A DNA stretch of 64,000 bases from Octopus sinensis (Eukaryota), in NCBI RefSeq assembly GCF_006345805.1, contig NC_043008.1:45694001-45758000 (forward strand). Direction: 5' to 3'. The position numbers and the translations under genes are program-made. The first letter of the stretch is position 1. Each line of letters starts with the position of its first letter. Below, one piece after another: positions 56,231-64,000 of the stretch. The notes beneath the pieces were generated by a model. It did not search any database. It saw only the letters and a list, made by a program, of their open reading frames with translations, and had not been told where the DNA came from.

Positions 56231-57520
56231 CCTTAAATCCTTAAAAATGTTTTAGCCCGAAGGCCGAGGTCATGCTGGGGCACCACCGCTGAATGAGCTA
56301 CACTAGTTTGTGAATCCACCTCTGATACGTGGCACTTGATCAACAAGGGAGTTCGATGCTGCTGCCCGCATCCGCGTCTCCTGTCGTGAGGTAGGTTCAT
56401 CTGGGACTCCCAACAAGAAGAGATCCAGTTTAGTTTTAAAGAAACCCACATCCACACCATGTAAGTCTCTCAGGCATTTAGGGAGGATGTTAAAGAGCTG
56501 TGGTCCTCAGAAACCCAAGCTGTTGCAGTATCTGGACCTGTATTTTGATGGTGATGTTGGAATCCTTGGCACCACGCAGCGGCGCCCCGTTCTGTGGTTG
56601 GAGTAACTTTTAATGCCAAAGTTTGGGACAAGACCCTCCAGGATTTTCCAGATGTATATCACTGCATATCTCTCCCGCTTCCGCTCTAGGGAGAAGAGGT
56701 TTAATACCTTCAGTCTTTCCCAGTAGCTGATATTTTGCATTGAGACGATTTTCTTTGTGTAGCTTCTCTGAATTGCTTCGAGTTCTGCTGTTAGTTTTAT
56801 ATTGTGTGGTGACCAAAGTTGGGAGCAGTAGTCCAAGCGGCTGAGGACGAATGTTTTCCATAGGACCTTCAGTGTCTCCTTCTCTCTTGTTCTGAAAGTT
56901 CGGAGAATCCATCCAGCTAGCCGTCTGCATTTTATCACCAGTTTAGCAATATGCATTTGGAAAGATGCATCATTGCTCATGTCAATGCCCAGGTCACGCA
57001 CTGATTTTGACTCAGGGATTGCAATTATTCCTGGGCCAGTGTATCCAGTCTTCACGTCATTTACCTTTGTGTGCCAGTAGCGCAGGGCCTGGAACGTACC
57101 TGCATTAAACTGCATGTTGTTGTCCTCAGCCCACCTGTATATTGTGTCCACCTCATGTTGCAGATGCGCAATATTTTCAGGGTTTTGTATTGCGTGGGAG
57201 ACTTTTGTGTCATCTGCATAGCTAGCAAGGGTGGTCATCGTAGCAACTGAAGGCATGTCTGAAAGGGCCACTATGAACATCAGTGGCCCCAAGACAGTGC
57301 CCTGTGGGTCACCGCTTGTTATTTGCGTTTCCTTGGAGGTGGCTCCATTGTTCACAACTGCCTGTTTTCTGTCTTTTAGGAAGTTGTGCAGCCACTCTCC
57401 AAGTTTCCCGCCTATGCCGAGACCACGCAGTTTGTGACAGATCATACCATGGTCGACTTTATCAGAGGCTTTTGCAAAGTCGAGATATATTACATCCACA
57501 TTTGAGCCATTTAGTAGCTG
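56231..57520 (-). mobile_element. CR1/L2-type LINE, family B, copy 2 (5'-truncated, open RT C-half, candidate TSD TATATATAAAT)
   Basis: The last approximately 337 aa of ORF 56507..57961 contain [30 protein letters not shown] and [10 protein letters not shown]. The N-terminal part of that ORF is microsatellite. TATATATAAAT occurs at 56220-56230 and 57521-57531. Confidence 0.93.
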
Positions 57521-57901
57521 TATATATAAATATATATACATGCATATGTATATATATATACATATACATATAAATATATATACATACATATGTATATATA
57601 TATACATATAAATATATATATACATACATGTGTATATATATATATATATATATACATATGTATATATATATATATACATACATTTGTATGTATATATATA
57701 TATATAAATATATATACATACATATGTATATATATATATATAAATATATATACATACATATGTATATATATATATATACATACATACATACATATATATA
57801 TACATATATACATACATACATATATATATACATATATACATACATACATGCATATATATATATACATACATACATACATGTATATATATATATATATACA
57901 T

Positions 57902-57934
<33 letters not shown>

Positions 57935-57966
57935 CATACATACATACATACATACATACATACATG
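57521..57966. repeat. TA/TACA array, continuation of the 55456-56230 array
   Basis: Shares the CATATAAATATATATACATACATATGTATA unit with 56120-56220. Confidence 0.95.
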
Positions 57967-60900
57967 TATTATTGCTGCCCCCTCGTTATCGAGTATGGCC
58001 ATTGCATGAAGCTTAACTGTTACTGGTGCTGTGACCGAATGTGACTTTTTAGCCCAGCTAAAGATCTACAATGTCTTGTACAAAATTGGCAATTAAATCC
58101 TTTACTTGTAATAGCCGGCCGTAGCTGTAGCTGGGCTTCACGTACCTTTGCATGTCGTTTACGTCCTCCTGCCGTATTACACTCTCTTCCACATGCCCGA
58201 CAGATATGATTAGTATGGTGTGTTACACCACCACCAGTGGCCAGGTTGTCACTCATCTGTCTCGTTTTATGACTACGATGATGACTCTTGAGTCCAGCTT
58301 TACTGAGGCGGGTTTTGCACAGACATTACATATCAGCATCAAAGGAAGACCCTTCCATTCTGGAAGTGTAACAGTGATGCCCTTCCTGACATCCCTCCTT
58401 ACTTTCTCATGTGCAACTCGAGATTTATCAAAAGTGGCTGTCTCCTCATGCACAATCCTTCTCCACCTGCTACGATCAATAGCTATGCCTTCCTATGTGT
58501 CAGGAGAGATACAAGTATCGCTCAAGGAAGCCTTCAGCAAGTCCTTATACCTCTTTTTTGGTTTATGTGGAGGTCGTTCTCCTTTAGCTAACTCTCCATA
58601 AAAGAGTTGTTTTGGCATCCTTGAATCCTTCATCCTGACAAGATGACTACTCCATCTGAGCTTCTATACTTTCACACCGAGAGCCTTCAAATATTTCAAG
58701 ATCACTGATGCGGTACTTCCACTTAATGCTATACATACGTCTGAGGCACATCTGATGGAAACGTTCCAGTTGTTTAAGGTGGTATCGATATGTGACCCAC
58801 GTCTCGCAGGCATAGAGAAGAGAAGGGAGCACACATGCTTTGTACACCTTTATTTTTGTCTTCCTGTATATGTCTCGCCGACTCCAGAGGCACTTTTCTA
58901 GCCTTCCGAAAGCAACACTTGCTTTCCTAATTCTATATGGAATTTCATCATACAAATTGACATATCTATTAATAGTGCTTCCCAGATAGACAAACTGATC
59001 AACTACATCAAGTCGTTTACCATACGCATAGAGATTTGGTACGCTATACTGCTTACCAGGGGCAGGTTGATGCATGACAACAGTTTTCTTGAGATTGACT
59101 GTCAATCCTAAGGCAGTGTAAGCATCAGATAATGCATTCAAAATGTGTTGCATATCAATCTCTGTGTGTGCTACTAGCTCACATTCATCTGTATACAAAA
59201 GGTATCTTATGATAGAGGTAAATACCTTTGTGTTTGCAGCAAGGCGCCTGATATTAAATATGCTGCCAGAGGTTCGATAATGGACGTAAACACCGTATCT
59301 GCAGTTTCTGAATGCAATACAGAACACCATCGTAAAATATATGGAAAATAGGGTCGGTGCCAGAATATCCCCCTGTTTCACTCAATTTTGTATTGAAATG
59401 GGCTCCGACATCGTCCCTCTAACATTCACTCTACCATTCATGTCTTCATGAAAAGACGTAACCAAAGCAAGGAACTTTTCAGGACACCCAAGTTTCTGGA
59501 GGACTTTCCACAATGCTTTTCTATTGACGGTATCAAAGGCTTTTGTCAGATCGACAAAAGCCTGATACAAATCCAGACCCTGTTCCATACACTTTTCCTG
59601 AAGCTGTCTAGCTGAAAAGATCATATCAGCAGTGACACGTCCCACACGAAAGCTAGATTGACTTTCTGGAAGAACACCATCTGCAATGTATTTCAGCAGA
59701 CGATCCAGAAGTATCCTTCATAAAACCTTTCCTACAGCAGACAGCAATGATACTCCCCTATAATTAACACAATCATTCCTGTTGCCCTTTCGCTTATACA
59801 GGACCACCATTACTGCATCTCCCCAGTCCTCAGGTACAGATTCACTAGTCCATATCTTACCAAACAAAGAGTGAAGTTTCTGCAGCAGTTTCTCACCACC
59901 ATGCTGTAACAAAACCGCATGTATGTCATCCATACCCGGAGACTTACCATTATTCAACCTTGAGACAGCCATTACAACTTCTTCCAGCTTTGGTGGTTCT
60001 GCGAGTGCTGCCTTCACAGGCAATCCAGGGATGAGATTGAGAACATCCTCACTAACTACAGACTGCTGATTCAAAAGTTCATCAAAGTGTTCTTGCCACC
60101 TTCGCAGAATTTCTTGTGAATCACGAAGAAGTTCTTTACCATCCCTGCTTCGAAGTGGTGTCATCAGGGAAGACGTCGTTCCATAAATTTCTCGCAAGAG
60201 ATCATACAACAGCTTTGAGTTATTGGAATCTGATGCCGCCTGTATCTCTTACTCCACCACGTATCCCTCATCTGAGAGAGCCTTTGCCTCACGGTTGATT
60301 TTACATCCTTGAGTTCCCTATGCAACGCCTCCCTTTCCTGTGGCTTTGCTAACAAATAGCGCCACAAAGTACGTCTTTTATCAGCCAATAAATCATCTAT
60401 ATGTTCATCATTTTCTTTGAACCAATCTTGATGCTTTCTTTGTATTAATCCCAGAACTTTCTTGCCTATATCATAAACTGACTTTTTAAGGTTCGGCCAA
60501 TCCTCGCCTATATTTGCAGCATTCATTTCCTCTCGTAAAGTTCTCTTCACACTATTATACCTAAGACGATCAACATTCAGTCTTTTAGGCAGGGTCATCC
60601 CTGCAGCACGGATTTTATGTTTTGTGACTAATTTCACTTTTGCACGTACTAGGCGGTGGTCAGTCCAACACTCAGCTCCCCGAAGAACACGAACACACTG
60701 CACATCCTGTCTGTCACGCACTCTAACTAGGATGTAATCCAGAATATGCCATTCTTTAGATGCAGGGTGCATCCATGTAGTCTTAAGCTTATTCTTTTAT
60801 TGAAACATGGTATTGGTAACACACAGACGCAGCTCCTCACACATCCGCAGCAAAAGCATGTCATTACTATTACACTTCCCCACCCCATGCTTTCCAATTA

Positions 60901-61418
60901 CAGACCATGTGTTAAAATCCCTACCCACTCTAGCATTAAAGTCACCTAGTACAATGTCTTTGTCTGCCCGAAGGAGATTTCTTACAATGCCCTTTAAAGC
61001 ATGGTAGAAAGAAAGTTTTTCGTCATCAGTATAGCACATAGTTGGAGCATACACACTCACCAAGGTCACATAATTTCCATTAGCCAAAGGAATTCTCATG
61101 GACATAAGACGCTCGTTAATTCCGATTGGGAATTCTTCCAACTTGTCCACAAGAGTAGTCTTAACAGCAAATGCCACTCCAGCTTCTCCTGTAAACTCTT
61201 TATTCCTCCCTTTCTAAAAGAATGTATATTTTCCAAAAGATTCTGTAAGATGACCATCTCCAGGTAATCTCGTCTCAGATGAAGCAACGATGTCAAGATC
61301 ATAGTGTTGAAGCTCCTTTGCAACAAGCGCAGTCCCTCTTTCAGGACATTCAGAGGACTTGTGTTCAAGCATTGTCCGTACATTCCAACAGCCAATATTC
61401 ACTATTTTCTTTGGTTAT
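57967..61418 (-). mobile_element. Near-full-length RTE (BovB-like) LINE, frameshifted, 5' UTR absent
   Basis: Endonuclease NIGCWNVRT (61214..61402), LGDFNARVG (60797..61177) and LDYILVR...TDHRLV (60164..60772). RT NYRGVSLLS, FVDLTKAFDTVNR and KQGDILAPTLF. C-terminal CxxC...H motifs in 58020..58256. Confidence 0.95.
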
Positions 61419-61825
61419 AAACAAGTAAAAGAATAAAAGAATGCCAGATGAACGTTCCGTACCACTAAACCAAGAAGGTCCTTTGAATATGTACGATGTC
61501 TTTTTAAGGTTAAATAGTAATTCCGTTGACGTTTGTGGAACAGATATTTTGGTCGGATTATATAGTGATTAGTGTTACATTACTTTCTAGAATCTGTAAC
61601 TGTCGCAATATACTTTTCTAGGCTTGAAATTTCTGTGGGGAGGGAGGTGCCAGTTGATTAGATCGACCGCATTACGCAACTGGTACTTAATATATCGACC
61701 GCAAAGGACGAAAGGTAAAGTCGACTTCGGCAGAATTTGAACTGAGAACGTAAAGACAGACGGTCATAATATACAAACATTTCTCTTGGCGTTGTGTACT
61801 ATCTGACGCTGTCTGTCTGCCTGCC
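61419..61825 (-). repeat. Copy of 18501-18871 plus a degenerate SINE B head, fused to the RTE 5' end
   Basis: 61419-61789 matches 18501-18871 with 9 substitutions. 61790-61825 loosely matches the SINE B head seen at 42950-42989. Confidence 0.85.
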
Positions 61826-61976
61826 TCTCCCTCTAGGTATGTGCTTGTGTATGTGTGTGTGTGCATGTATGTGTATGTTTGTATACGATTGTGCGCTGAA
61901 TCTCTCTCGGCATACGACTTAACCACAAAATCGCACCAACCAGCATCACTACTACTTCCAAGCCTATCACACACAC

Positions 61977-62008
<32 letters not shown>

Positions 62009-62036
62009 AGATACATATATGTATATACATATATAA

Positions 62037-62960
62037 CTTTGATAGGCTTCGGCCAGTATAGGCCTAGACCATGTATAACTTAATAGCACCACCTGGTGAA
62101 GTCTTTTAGTCGTATATGGGGCATAATAGCACACTGTAGCAAAGAGGTATCATTGCTGGAGGTTTTTGAAGAAATTTGTCCAGTGAATGTGAATTTTATG
62201 AGAACCGTTTCCATTTTGACGTATTTTAGTATGGTATTAAAGAGACCTCGACCGGTTGAGAAAAAGTAATTGTGACGTAACGTTTCTATGTGCACCGAGT
62301 TCGATTTTTGTAATGGGCGGAAAAGCACGGGGGCCAAGTCTGGGATGGATCTTAAAATTGATGCCAACATCATTTGTGCAAAATTGATAGAATGTTTTCA
62401 ACATAGCACAAATGATGTAGCGAACCCGGCGGCGTTGGTGAGAGTAGAGATTGAGTCTTTTAGTCGACCCCAATAATCAATGCCTCTCATGCCGTCTGTC
62501 TTCCTTGTTATGGACCTCTGGAGTGATTCTACTTTCATAATATGTTGCTTCGTATGGGGGAACTACATTGGGCAAAAGTATTCGAGGTGGGATCGGGCAA
62601 AAGTAGAGTAGAGAAGGGTGATGGTGTAGTCATCTCTAGACCGGAAAATTCTCAGAATCTAGGACCATATCTTGCGGGCCAAGTCAAATCTTGCTGTTTA
62701 CATGGGAACTCCAACTTAGATTATTATCAACAATTGCTCCAAGATCTCTGGATAACACTAGGGAGTCGCTCGAGGGAAGACTATATTGTAATTTACTCTT
62801 TCCCAAAGTAGATCAAATCAAACTTATCTTCACTTAAAAGCATATTGTTTTTCTCTGCCCATTGGACAACAGCAAACAGATCTGACGGAAGGCGTGTTCG
62901 GTCTCTTATGCCGTTTATAGCTTTCTGGAGTTTGGAATCATCTGCAAAGATTTTCAATGT
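62037..62960 (-). mobile_element. CR1/L2-type LINE, family A, copy 3 (degraded 3' fragment)
   Basis: Colinear with 52900-53880. The terminus is TTTGATAGGCTTCGGCC, and ORFs 62080..62373 and 62237..62473 resemble 52974..53639. Confidence 0.85.
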
Positions 62961-63584
62961 ATATCGTCAGATATATGTCAGTGAACACACAGACAGACGT
63001 GCAGAATGACTGCAAACCACAATTCCTGATCTTCCTATTATATCAATTTATATCAATTTGTATCAATATATAAAAGATACAGTCCTAGTTACTAATAAAG
63101 GTTAGGTTAAAAACGGTGTCAAAAAAGATTATAAAATCTTTTTTAACAACTTGTTGAAACAGATCTTATATGCTTAAATATTTTTCATGTATATTTATAG
63201 ATCCGCATAATTTGCCGTTCCTATAGGTCTATTATGATTTTAATATTTTTGGTGTAGCTGTTATTTTGAAAATTTGAGTATTGTTTCGACGTTGAGCTTT
63301 TAAATGAGAGATGCATTGGCTATATTATAAAACTCATTTTGGCTCGGATTATATTGTAACGCTCTACAATTGTCGAATATATCTAATTTGTCATCTTTAA
63401 CTTGAAAAAAAATACACACACACACACACAGGCTGCGTGTTGTGTTCTTGAGCAAGACACTTTATTTCACGCAAATCCGGAGTTTCTACCTTTAAAAACA
63501 AGGAGTTGCCTTTTTATTTGTGTGATCTTTTGATACCCTGGTAACTTTTTATCTATTTTTCCGTGTTAATTGTTAACAAGGGAA

Positions 63585-63629
<45 letters not shown>

Positions 63630-64000
63630 ATACTTACACGCATTGATCATCTACGAGACTGATATCAGAGTAAATTCTTCGATATTCTGTAACCGTGTTG
63701 GCACTTTATCCATTATAAACACGAAATATAAAATGCCCAGAGTCTGAGAAGAATATCCTCATTTTTTGGCTTGAGATGTAATACAACTGAGACTGTACAC
63801 TATGCTGCAATTTTGTTTTCATCTCTGTTTATTTCGTCACGTTACCATCGCTATATTACTTACTTGGAATCACAGTAATATTATTTGCTCCATTCCTATT
63901 AGTTTTCTTCTTTGCTTCACTTATCTTCTTTTTGTTCTTTCATTTACAATAAAACTGACACCATTATATCATTCAATAAACCGTATATATAATTTTTTCT

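Noticed and set aside
56507-57961. 484-aa ORF that looks like a repeat-domain/RT fusion protein
   Set aside because: The N-terminal approximately 147 aa is microsatellite read in frame with a 5'-truncated LINE.

Overview
This is AT-rich animal genomic DNA, dense in repeats and microsatellites. The SINE, LINE and (TA)n content looks like an Octopus genome (recognition from memory, not a database search). The only host gene I can support is a + strand cationic amino-acid transporter-like gene (SLC7, CAT subfamily), seen as two internal exons at 33633-33752 and 39587-39782. Its first and later exons were not located, so much of the window is probably intronic. The rest is mostly transposon debris: two CR1/L2-type LINE families, a near-full-length RTE LINE and an old one, an R4/Dong-type RLE element in an (AAT)n array, Tx1, Gypsy, DD37D mariner, piggyBac-like and Penelope-like remnants, three tRNA-SINE families, a MITE and several long TA-rich arrays. 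Nearly all long ORFs in the track (YI/IY/polyN/polyI) are microsatellite artefacts. The best leads are: (1) a Penelope-like repeat family whose 3' end folds as a type I hammerhead ribozyme, in three copies, one with a 414-bp inverted duplication; (2) a 371-bp local copy (about 97.6% identical) fused to the 5' end of the RTE LINE, resembling a Pol III read-through/LINE chimera; (3) a perfect intronic palindrome with 130-bp arms; (4) a SINE-donated distant branch point separated from the exon acceptor by an AG-free (AAT)n spacer; (5) a SINE and a partner LINE sharing a co-varying 3' stem-loop. All identity counts were made by eye.
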